DNA of 64,000 nucleotides, taken from contig CM106586.1 of the NCBI GenBank assembly GCA_048013815.1, positions 11,346,001 to 11,410,000 on the forward strand, written 5' to 3'. Positions within the stretch are counted from its first letter, which is position 1. Each line of letters begins with the position of its first letter. Under the pieces are notes generated by a model. It did no database searches. It saw nothing but the letters and a program-made list of their open reading frames with translations, and was not told where the DNA came from. Position numbers and translations under genes: made by a program. Positions 53,683 through 64,000 of this stretch are shown here, piece by piece. Source of the DNA: Setoptus koraiensis (taxonomy: Eukaryota; Animalia; Arthropoda).

Positions 53683-55064
53683 GAAGCTAGCTTCGTATAG
53701 CATGAAATAGAATATTTTACAACTGGTCTCTCATTTTACATGTCCCGCTCAATTTGCATCTGTCACTAGGTATTCCGACGTGACAATATCAAGTCAATAA
53801 GAAAGCAATTAGATTTATGGTGCAGTTCAAAAGGAATAATCTATGCTAGCCGCGATAAGTATACAAAAATCGTAGGCCAGTTTGTTATGGCAGGAATAAC
53901 AAGCGTCTGACAAATTTTATCTAAGGCAAAATACATGACAATTAAAAAGCAGTTGACACGGTTATATTTGCTTGAACGCTTGCACAGTTTATTTGATGGA
54001 ATATTTTTTTCCGGAAAACTGTTACATGTTGTAGATCAGTAAATAAACTTACAAAATCATCATGAATGCATGTCAAAAATTTTTCTCGTCATTCAGTATC
54101 GATATTCCGACTTTTTTACTACATTCTTAATTCATCCAGATTGGACATCTATGGCATCGGAAACGAAATTGTATTGGGCTCTAGTAGAACTGATCGGTGG
54201 CAATCTGAACTTCCCCTTGCTCCGCTATCAGACAAAACGATACAATATAGAGCAAGAAGAGCGTCGTACCTTGTAAATCATCTTGGGGTCTAACATGTTT
54301 CTAGTCCCATTTCGTCCAAAAGTATTTATCAAGTATTAACGAAGGAGTAGTAGCCCAAAATCTGTCAGTGACAAACGGAACGGAAAGATAGATATCTACT
54401 TATCACTTGAGCTTTATCTCTGAGTTTCGTGCCCATGACTCTTCCGGGACTACAGCAGGACATATTCGGAGGTTCAAATGAGAGGGTATTAAATAATTTG
54501 AGCAAGCCACGCCACCTCTAACAGATGGTCGAATAGTTGGATCAAACAAATGTTTATTGAGGTTCCAATAAGGTAGCCGTAGCGTTTTCATGGTCAATGC
54601 TGCTCAATATACTGGTAGAATACGTGAGGTTATATTATCTGATCTCAATATGGGCAAATATTCTCACCATCCATGAGAGGCCATAAGTACACATGCTCAC
54701 ATTGTCAATTCTATATGATAGAAAATCATAATTTTTGTATCTTATTCTTAATAAGAGCTAACAGTAATTAACTCGATACGATTATTATATGTAACTGTTT
54801 GTAAAGATTGTGTGGTGATACTTTGTTTATTATTTATATATGCTCAGCATTATGAGAGGTTTGGGATGCTATCCAATTCGCTGAAAGTTTCCAAGTTTAA
54901 GCGCGCAAATTCAGAGACAACACAAAATATATAGTGATGACAATTGATTTCCAAATAGAGACTTCGTTTTGTCAAACAGAGTTCCCAATCAGGGCAGGGC
55001 ACTACCTGAATAAATAAACATGATGATATTTATTTTAAGAGTTTTCATTTATTGGTGGCATAAA

Positions 55065-56332
55065 TCACTCTTCAGCGGCCTCTCCATTGGTGCCCTCCTC
55101 TTGTGCTGGCTCTTGCCATTCTCCCAATCCCTCTTTGTCCTCTACACAAGTGTTGGCAAACCTATTGAGAGACAAAAAAAGCGTATGTGATTAATTAATT
55201 GTCGTAATAATAATGATGCATAATAATGAATGTTTCCTTATCTTATATGTTTTTGCAGGTTAGGTTAACCCATGTCCTGATTCTACTAGAGTTTGTACTT
55301 ACATGATATCACGGCCTGTTCCAATACGTAAACCTTTTTGGGTTGCATATTTGTTGGTTCCGGCTTGTAGACGAACGATACCTGCAAATTAATGATACGA
55401 CAAACGATGGTTGAATTTATTAGCACAATGTCTGTTGAATTTTTAGTATGCAGCGATTGTAATGGTGCCTTACCTTCTCCAGCTCTTAATTTCTCTTCTG
55501 ACCAATCAATTAAATGACCAGTTGGTTTTGGACCTAGATATGGGCCTTGCCATTCAGGATGATCATAGATCTGAGGAAATGACACATGGAAGTCGATAAT
55601 TATTTATCAAATAGCAGTTGATTAATGCAGTCGTAATTGTCGCATTTGTCGTTGTTACACTAGGTCGCATTAAACTCACCGATTTTCCTAAATATATCAT
55701 TGTTTTGATTACATTGGGTATACCAGTCTTGTTGTACAAGTCATCAACTGTGAATAAATTTTCTTCAGTTACTCCATATGATCTGGCGGCATCTAGGAAG
55801 CTTTGAATATTGGCTTGGCAATTGTCTTTTGTCCAGGGCTTTTGAATCTTGCTAACTGAACCTGGCTGTAAAGTGTTCATGACTCTGCAATGGATGTAGA
55901 CAATGTTGCACATTTATGATATTGATTACTTGCAAAACCATCATGAGAGACCGTATATTGCGACCAGGTATAATTCATTATATATACTTGTAGACATACC
56001 TGCATAATAAAACACCGTCGCGTAACAGGTCATCGAAATCTTTGGGCGGTATGGGATCGTTTAAGACTGCCTCAATCCATAGGGCGATTTCCGACTCGAC
56101 ATACTTGTTACGTTCGCCGAGATGCTATAGTTGAGCGTCATAGGTAGGGTGATAGTTGTAATGTAAGTGGATCAGTTAATGGATTGTAGATATCATGATA
56201 TTATTTCAGATATGATATAGTCTCTCTCTGCGAGCAACTTTTTGTCAATCTGGGTATAGTTATATTAGTGATGGAACTCACTTTTTCTGCATTTAGAAAC
56301 TGTAATCCCGTTGTGACTGATCTGTTAGCCAT
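55065..56332 (-). CDS. Mp20: Muscle protein 20/transgelin/calponin-like; join(56332..56282,56124..56000,55884..55680,55570..55474,55381..55303,55161..55065), about 217 aa
   Basis: MANR start, CH domain (EIALWIEAV, DLLRDGVLLCRVMNTLQPGSV, NIQSFL..YGV, LFTVDDLY), GPYLGPKP, and a calponin repeat (IVRLQAGTNKYATQKG). All five introns are GT-AG and phase-consistent. Confidence 0.9.
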
Positions 56333-57424
56333 TATTAAATGTTTAATGTGTTACTGAATGATCAAGAATTATCTATTGAATGACACGTAAGATATACGTA
56401 AATTAAGTAGCCAAAATTTCCGACAGGGCTGGTGAGCTGGATTCAATAACAATACTTGATATTAAAACCAGTTGAATGGAGCACAATTTTTATGTTGTTG
56501 TTGATTAATGTTATTGATAAATATTTAGAATAGATAGAGATATTGAGGAAAAAATATTTGTTTATTTACTCGCAATAGCATTAACAATACCTTGATAAAT
56601 AGAAAATAATTATTCAATTGATTAATTACAATAATGATCCGATAACAGTAATGCACAACGGGCTCTATATTTGTAAGCTGTTTCTTGTATCATCAATAAG
56701 ATTGTCGATGATAGTTAGCTTAATCCTCTCCCTTGTTTTTTTGTACTTATTTAGAGTGCGATACAAGCCAATCTGGATGTTTACGAAGCTTGGCAAGTCT
56801 ACAGCATATACGGTATATTTCGGCGAATATAGAGGCTAATCTAAATTAGTGGCGAGAGCCTAGCTCATTGAGGCCAACCGTGCCTTGGACTCAAACTATT
56901 TGAGTTTGCTTCGCATCTCATTGATCCAGGCTCCATCTTAGTAGCAAGCAGATAGTGTAAACACACTAATATCAAGATCATCATTTCCATCGGCGGCGGC
57001 ATCTTTACTACGGCTTTTACTACTGTCCCTGGTGAGCTAGTTATCCTTAACTAGAAAAATATTTAGAAAATATCCATTTTTAAACTTGTTGGACCGACTC
57101 AAATGCAACAGAAGACGCCTCGAAAGAGGCCGGTCCTTCTCGGAAGATTGTTGCTTCTAGTGTGTTTACTAGATGGGCGTTGGACAAGATGTTTTCATCA
57201 ACTGAGACCAGTGATTTGAGTATATCTTGAGTCAACTGTGAATATACTTTCACAGTGCGATGAGAGGCTCGCAAAACAAATGTTCGTCTGTGCAAACAGA
57301 AAACAGTATAATTGTTGTTGCGAAGATAAGTATAATGAGTTTCTCTTTATCTTTCTCTATCTTGAACGAATGTAGGAGCTGAGAGGAGAAACCAATTTGT
57401 TGTTAGAGAAGAAGGCAAAGAATT

Positions 57425-57505
<81 letters not shown>

Positions 57506-59678
57506 TGATGATGAAGTAAACTAGCTGCCGGGACATATAACTAATGGCAAACAACTAAACTGGCAAATCTCAGTTCTATCTCAGTTGCATCTCAGTTGTA
57601 TATAACTGCTGGTAGAAACGTATCATTCTAGGTCAGATTTTAGTTGATTTAAGCTTAGTGTCTCTGCACTTGAGAGTAGAGGAGATAGATGTTGTTGTTG
57701 TTTGTTTGGCTTTAACAGATGACAATAAGGACGCCGTGTTCTCAGTCTTATAGATATGGTCTTAATAGAGCCTGGATAGAGATGGTTTGATGGGCCAACC
57801 TCTGTTGATGAAAGAGATATTCAGACTTAGTTTGATCATTACAATATGGTAGCAGTTGAGCTCGCATAGCATATAGCGACAACAACTGCAGCGACTTGCA
57901 GCACATAGCGACGATGTTTTTGCGAAGCATCGGAGAAGCGAAAAGAGAAGCCACAATACTAAAAGAAGAGAACTACTCTAGCGGTGCTGAGACAGTATAT
58001 TCGGAAAAGAGAGAGGGGAGAGGGGGAGAGAAGGCGATATGCTCACACATCCTCTATATGTGAGCTATTGTGAAAATTATTATTCATTTGCATAGTTCAC
58101 GACGATGAAAGATCGTTGTTACTATAAACACATTGATACACATTGAAGTGCTTGATACAGGGCAGCACATAGTCTTTCTCGTAGCCATCTCTCGCTTTTA
58201 ATAACTCATATATCTGTTTAAAAAATCGTGGTGTTAAATGAAGTGAATATTGTGTTACTGCATCCCGAAGTGCTTGACAAACGACATGTACATAGAGCAA
58301 CCAAGAGAGATGAGTCTATCCGTTAAATCAGTCAGCGACTGGCTGAGTCTTGGCACATGTGTCAGGTCATGTTCAATAGTCGCACATTGATTATTTGGTT
58401 GTGTGAATATTCAACAAAGCGATATAGCGAACAGAGCTAACGTTCGACATGACGGACACGGACATTTTGAGAACGATGATATATTCATGGGCCATGAAAC
58501 AAAATAATTCTTCTCGTTGGCTCGTCTCATTGCGTCGTCGAATTGCATTGTTGAGGACCAAGAACAACAATGATTGTGGAATAGACTTTTTTGCATTTGT
58601 CAATTATCGAGGAGATGGCTCGGACGGCCATTTATTGGGTGGGCCAACCGGTACACCGCAAGAGGGCGGCATGTCTCAATTATTGATGCATCCGGAGCCC
58701 ACGACTAAGACTCAAAGGTTTGCAGTGTATGAGCGAGTGAAGTACAGAGATGTCAACAAGTTTGAGGGCGCTCCACTCAACAGGATACACAAGTTCATGT
58801 TTGCTTGCTTGGTTGAGAGCTCTTTTTTGGTATCAAGCTACAACAGGCAAGCTAGTGTGACGGTGTGGATGCGAGCTCTCGGATTATAAAACTCAATAAC
58901 ACCATCTATATGCCGCTTGAGGTACAACTTGCACGGTCCATGAGAAATGATGAGAGAGTTTTACAACAGTTTTGTTAGTTGCGGCGATGCCGTGTCAAGG
59001 TGTGTATATGCAGCGCGGGATATAATTGAAGAGCGACTCAAACATTTCGTCTTGCCACCGTGGGCGCTCTTAGTGCATTGTCGCACGTTTGCATAACAGT
59101 ATCAAGACTAATTTGATCGTCGTCTCGTTCTTGGTGGCCTACATTTTTACCACTGGATAATGTATAGCGCGATAGTATAGCGCCACTACTAAATAGATTG
59201 GTTTCGCTTAAGATGTCAGTGAGTGAGTCTTGCTACATCTACATCCCGATCTTGGCTGACTGAAGTGGCGGCAAACAAAAGATAGCATGTTCACATTTAC
59301 ATCTTGTATTATACTGTTAGTATACAAGGCTTTATTCTCGATTGTTGTGGGAGCTCCTGTAACTGTTACTAACTAGACTAAGTATGCAGAGATCGCTGGT
59401 AGTGCCTCGAATGTGCTGATAAGAATTGTGCCCACTCACAATGTGAGTAACTACTCACAAGTCATAAGAGCGCTTGTCAGAAGAGAGAATTGGTGTTCAC
59501 TAGATATCCGTACAATGTAAATATCGCCTATGTAAAGATTGCCAATGATTCCTATTGTGGCTGGCATGACGTTGCCGTGTATGCGTGTATCTGGCTTGCC
59601 GAGACATAACGGCAGCCAGACAATTAATAATTTAATGTCATTTAATGACGTTTAATGTATGCACGTTACGTAACTGTA

Positions 59679-60420
59679 ATTGGTTGCGCATTGTGATATT
59701 TGCCTTTGAGACTTGCAAATTGAAACTTGCAAATTGAAAGCGCAAATCAGACATTAACGTTAATTATCAGAGCAAAAGCTCGCCAAAAATGCGCGGCGAG
59801 AATTTTAAAATGCGCGCGTTTTGGGCAGTGTTTGTGTCATCGTCTGGCGTCGGCAGTCTAGACGACAGTGCTGCCGCTCGCATGTGCAATACTGCCGTCC
59901 GGCCCATAGACTGCGCACTGTGGAGCCCACACTGGGGGCGACGGGCGAGTTCGGCGCCGGCCGGCAACAGTCGTCGAACGGGGGCAGCCGACGCCGATCG
60001 GGCATGCAACGCGATTATGGAACGCGCGAGATGCGGAACGACCGCTGGGTTGGCCAGATTCGCCGAGCGAACGCGGCCGCGTCGCCCGACCAATGAGAGC
60101 CAATCGGAGCCGAGTTGGCAGAGTGCAAAGTTCGCTCGGCGGCTCGAACGAAATCATTTATCATCGCTAAACGTCGCCAACAACAGGCATGCCAATGAGT
60201 TGCATCACGCGCGACACCAAACAACATGTTTTGCGGCCAGCGTGCAACGCCGAGTTCGGCGTGTGCAACAGAGCGCATTCGATAACAGATTCTCGCGATA
60301 ACCGGGTGTCGAACGAGTTTTGCGACAACATCCCACAGAGCAACTGAATAATTTAATTGATTGGCCGCTAATCACTAAACTTAATTGGCCATTCCCACAG
60401 CGGAGACAACACGCCATCGA
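59679..60420 (+). promoter_or_regulatory. GC/CpG-rich promoter-like region with clustered CCAAT boxes
   Basis: CCAAT/ATTGG at 59679, 60090, 60100, 60192, 60360 and about 60384, in a CpG-rich island directly upstream of ORF209 and DTYMK. Confidence 0.4.
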
Positions 60421-60628
60421 GAGTGTCAGAGAACGACAACAACAACTCGCATACTAGTGCACGCCATGTAACACACGCTCGTCCACTACACACACTCACC
60501 TCACTGATAGGCTATCAACAACAACAACAACAACAACAACGAGAAAGTCACGCCGCAGCAGCAGCAGCCCAAGAAAGAATCAACCCACCGACAGGCAGCC
60601 GCTTTAACCGCCCAAATTCGCTCTAACA

Positions 60629-61258
60629 ATGGCCACTTCCCACCACAGCAATCCCATCACCTCAATGCTTACCAAATACAGAGAGGTGCTAGTGCAAATG
60701 CAAGAGGAACAGGACAGACTATTGCGCGACATCAGCGTTATTCAGAGCCAACTCGAGGCACTAAACAGGAAAAAGAGGCGCTTGGAGAGGATCAAGGCAC
60801 AGCAACAGTTACTGCAATTGGCCTCAAACTTCGAACGGGCCACCATAACCACAACGACTCAGTCTATTCAATTGCGCCGAACCTCGCTCGTCGTTCTGCC
60901 GCTCCAGGACCACCAATATCACCACACCGGCCAGCAGGACCTCTACAGCCCGCCGACCACGCGGCCCAAAACGCTGTCAAGGCAACACCAGCAACTGCAA
61001 CGACTCGTTCAGGAGCAGTCGCAGCAGCACCTCACCGACTACTATCAGCAATCGGCCAAATACCTCGATCGTCAGCCGGTCAAATACGTCGATCAGCCGG
61101 CCAAATACGCCGATCATCAGCCGGCCAAATACGTCAATCATCAGCAGGCTAAATACGCCGATCATCAGCCGGCCAAATACGTCAATCATCAGCAGGCTAA
61201 ATACGCCGATCATCAGCAGCCGCCGCCGATATGCAAGCGTCAAGGGGCTCGCTCATAG
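60629..61258 (+). CDS. Orphan 209-aa protein: N-terminal coiled coil with RKKRR, Gln-rich linker, 8-aa tandem repeats
   Basis: ATG in strong context (ACA-ATG-G), heptad-like QEEQDRLLRDISVIQSQLEALNRKKRRLE, and frame-preserving 24-nt repeats. No homolog recognised. Confidence 0.6.
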   Translation: MATSHHSNPITSMLTKYREVLVQMQEEQDRLLRDISVIQSQLEALNRKKRRLERIKAQQQLLQLASNFERATITTTTQSIQLRRTSLVVLPLQDHQYHHTGQQDLYSPPTTRPKTLSRQHQQLQRLVQEQSQQHLTDYYQQSAKYLDRQPVKYVDQPAKYADHQPAKYVNHQQAKYADHQPAKYVNHQQAKYADHQQPPPICKRQGARS

Positions 61259-61923
61259 TTCTCGAGGGCCTGGACAGGACGGGCAAGTCAACGCTGGCCA
61301 TGAAACTGGTTGAGGCGTTGAACAACAAAGCAAGCAGTGAAAATGTAGACATTATTAAGACTCCGGTCACCTATTACAAATTCCCGGATAGAACGACACT
61401 CATTGGGAAATTGATTGACTCATATCTGAGAAATGGAACGCATCTCGATGATCACTCCATTCACCTATTGTTTTCTGCAAACAGATGGGAGCATTGTGCC
61501 CAATTCAAACAAATGATCTACGAGGGCCGAACACTCGTTGTGGACAGGTACGCATACTCTGGCGCTGCCTACAGTGCCTCCAAGAAGGGCATGGACCTTG
61601 ATTGGTGTTGCACTCAGGATGTTGGACTACCAAAACCCGATCTACTCATATATTTAACTTTAAGTGCCAGTGAACAAAAGAAACGCCAGGGCTTCGGTGA
61701 TGAGCTCTACGAAGAAACAGAATTCCAGAATTGTATCAGAGAAAACTACACTAAAATATTCCAGCGAGCCAAAGATGAGGCAACTAAAAATAATGAAACC
61801 TTTAAACTATTGAACGTTGTTGCAGATGGCAAGAGCCCCGGTGACCTTCTGGCGGAAGTCCTGGAACCAGTTAGACAGTGCATTCAAGAGAGTGCATGGC
61901 AGCCATTGAAGAATATCACTTAG
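61231..61923 (+). CDS. DTYMK: Thymidylate kinase, intronless, 230 aa
   Basis: RGSLIVLEGLDRTGKST P-loop, KFPDRTT.IG, HLLFSANRWE, VVDRYAYSG, GLPKPD and GFGDELYE. AATAAA at 62043. Confidence 0.97.
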   Translation: MQASRGSLIVLEGLDRTGKSTLAMKLVEALNNKASSENVDIIKTPVTYYKFPDRTTLIGKLIDSYLRNGTHLDDHSIHLLFSANRWEHCAQFKQMIYEGRTLVVDRYAYSGAAYSASKKGMDLDWCCTQDVGLPKPDLLIYLTLSASEQKKRQGFGDELYEETEFQNCIRENYTKIFQRAKDEATKNNETFKLLNVVADGKSPGDLLAEVLEPVRQCIQESAWQPLKNIT

Positions 61924-62146
61924 TAATAATCGTAAACTACATCTCTCCACTATAATACTCTAGGCCGTAAACGAAGGGCTACCAATATCTTTCTTGCACT
62001 TATGTTGTTTCCAAAACATAGTATTATCAATATTATTTAATTAATAAATATATTTATGTACAATTTATTCTGGTGTATCGAAGGCACAGTTTCAAGTAGC
62101 TACTGGAACTAATATATGGCTGGGGAGCTTCCTTGATTTAGAAAGC

Positions 62147-62965
<819 letters not shown>

Positions 62966-63459
62966 TGCTCTAGATTAGGTAGGAAAAAGAGTAAAATTCT
63001 TACTTATTTTGAATGTTAAAGACAATCTACCATAGGATCTCAATTTACTGTTCATAGTTTATTCAGAGGCGTAATCAATATCCCGATATACTGAACAACT
63101 TGTTACAAAGCGATGGTAACCATCCGTAGCTGGTCTCTAGCAAGCCAAAAACATGTTGCAAGCGTCAACACAACACAAAAGCAGGAGAATCAACTGTATA
63201 ATTCATGAAGAAATCTATAGCAGTAGCACACTGTGAAGCCAAGCTATACTACAGCTGTTTATCAATTTAACAAATAAATGTTGTGTCAAATGAAGTTGTT
63301 TGTGGCAGTGCAAATCAGAAAAAAAAACTAGCGCAAAACAATCTAATCTGAGATCCGGTGTCTAATGATCAGAGACTACACTCAGATGCTACTCTACTTA
63401 TAATTAAATTCATAACGATTTCTCGAATATTATTATTAAAATAGTATTATTGACTTACA

Positions 63460-64000
63460 ATGCCTCACTTTATTGTAGCGTCAACTAGCCGAAATCTAGT
63501 TAACAGCAAAAATCATCTATGCAAAACCTTGTCAATTATTAATCGAAGAGACCTATTTACTTACTGCAATGAGCCCGCCCATCCAACCGATAAGGTGCCT
63601 CGTTTCATGTCCGCCGAAGAGGCATTGAAGGTGGTGAAATCAGGTATTTATAATCTCTGATAGTTATACTGATCAATATGACCTCTATTGTTTAATGCAT
63701 AACAAATGGGAATTTGTGGTGGCTATCTATTCCTATTTCATGCCAGAACAGACAGTGACCTAACATCTAGCCCTCTAAAATTCTATAATGTTTTTCTACT
63801 ATCTAGGAGATCACGTTTTCGTTCAAGGAGCTGCGGCAACTCCGCGAGTATTAGTGCCCGCTTTGGCAGAGCATGGCAAAAAAGCTGGACTGAAAAACGT
63901 AAGAGTTCACCATATCCATACAGATGGTGAAGGCGAGTACTTAGCACCCGAGTTGGCGGGTGTCTTTAGAAGCAACTCACTGTTTACTGGCAAAAATTGT
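63460..64000 (+). CDS. Acetyl-CoA hydrolase/CoA-transferase family (4-hydroxybutyrate CoA-transferase or ASCT-like), 5' part; join(63460..63643,63807..>64000)
   Basis: Basic, mitochondrial presequence-like N-terminus, then SAEEALKVVKSG-DHVFVQGAAATP..LAEHGK..VRVHHIHT..FRSNSLFTG across a GT-AG intron. Confidence 0.9.

Noticed and set aside
50138-56332. Idea that the convergent Mp20 CH-domain gene supplies the missing filamin actin-binding domain in trans
   Set aside because: Mp20/transgelin has a single calponin-type CH domain, not the CH1-CH2 tandem of filamin. Adjacency alone is not evidence.
56600-57300. Exon-like segments upstream of Mp20 on the minus strand
   Set aside because: Splice-like signals are present but no coherent coding frame or homology; probably 5' UTR exons.
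58449-58889. 146-aa + strand ORF
   Set aside because: ATG-initiated and fairly long, but no motif, signal or homology was recognised. Left uncalled pending a search.
59767-60417. Several overlapping Arg/Ala-rich ORFs on both strands
   Set aside because: Expected shadow ORFs in a GC-rich island where stop codons are rare.
61049-61213. CRISPR-like array
   Set aside because: Contiguous tandem units without unique spacers, in frame within a eukaryotic ORF.

Overview
Eukaryotic, gene-dense, AT-rich invertebrate DNA, most likely arthropod: it carries a shakB-like innexin, a cheerio-like filamin and an Mp20-like gene. Short GT-AG introns alongside completely intronless ELP1, FRMPD and DTYMK suggest a compact, intron-poor genome such as a mite; this is inference only. 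Genes supported, left to right: 5' fragment of a G-alpha-s gene (-, window edge, damaged by a 1.9 kb poly-C artefact); GFOD1-like oxidoreductase (+); orphan secreted Ser/Gln-rich protein (+); divergent SEPT2-group septin (-); FRMPD4-like PDZ-FERM protein (+, split by a 500-N gap with a false duplication of about 1 kb); ELP1 (-); divergent acid-lipase-family protein (+); small secreted Cys-rich acidic peptide (-); shakB-like innexin (-); filamin with only the C-terminal Ig repeats (+); Mp20/transgelin-like protein (-); orphan coiled-coil and repeat ORF overlapping DTYMK (+); DPM1 (-); start of an acetyl-CoA hydrolase/CoA-transferase (+). Mobile DNA comprises a 164-bp hAT-type MITE with an 8-bp TSD, a related decayed copy and a fossil Tc1-like transposase. 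I found no rRNA, tRNA or CRISPR array. The best leads are the chlorotoxin-like Cys framework in the small peptide, the overlapping and possibly bicistronic ORF209-DTYMK unit, the filamin lacking an actin-binding domain, the 240-codon in-frame innexin extension, and the catalytically altered septin and lipase. All homology calls come from my own motif recognition, not from database searches.
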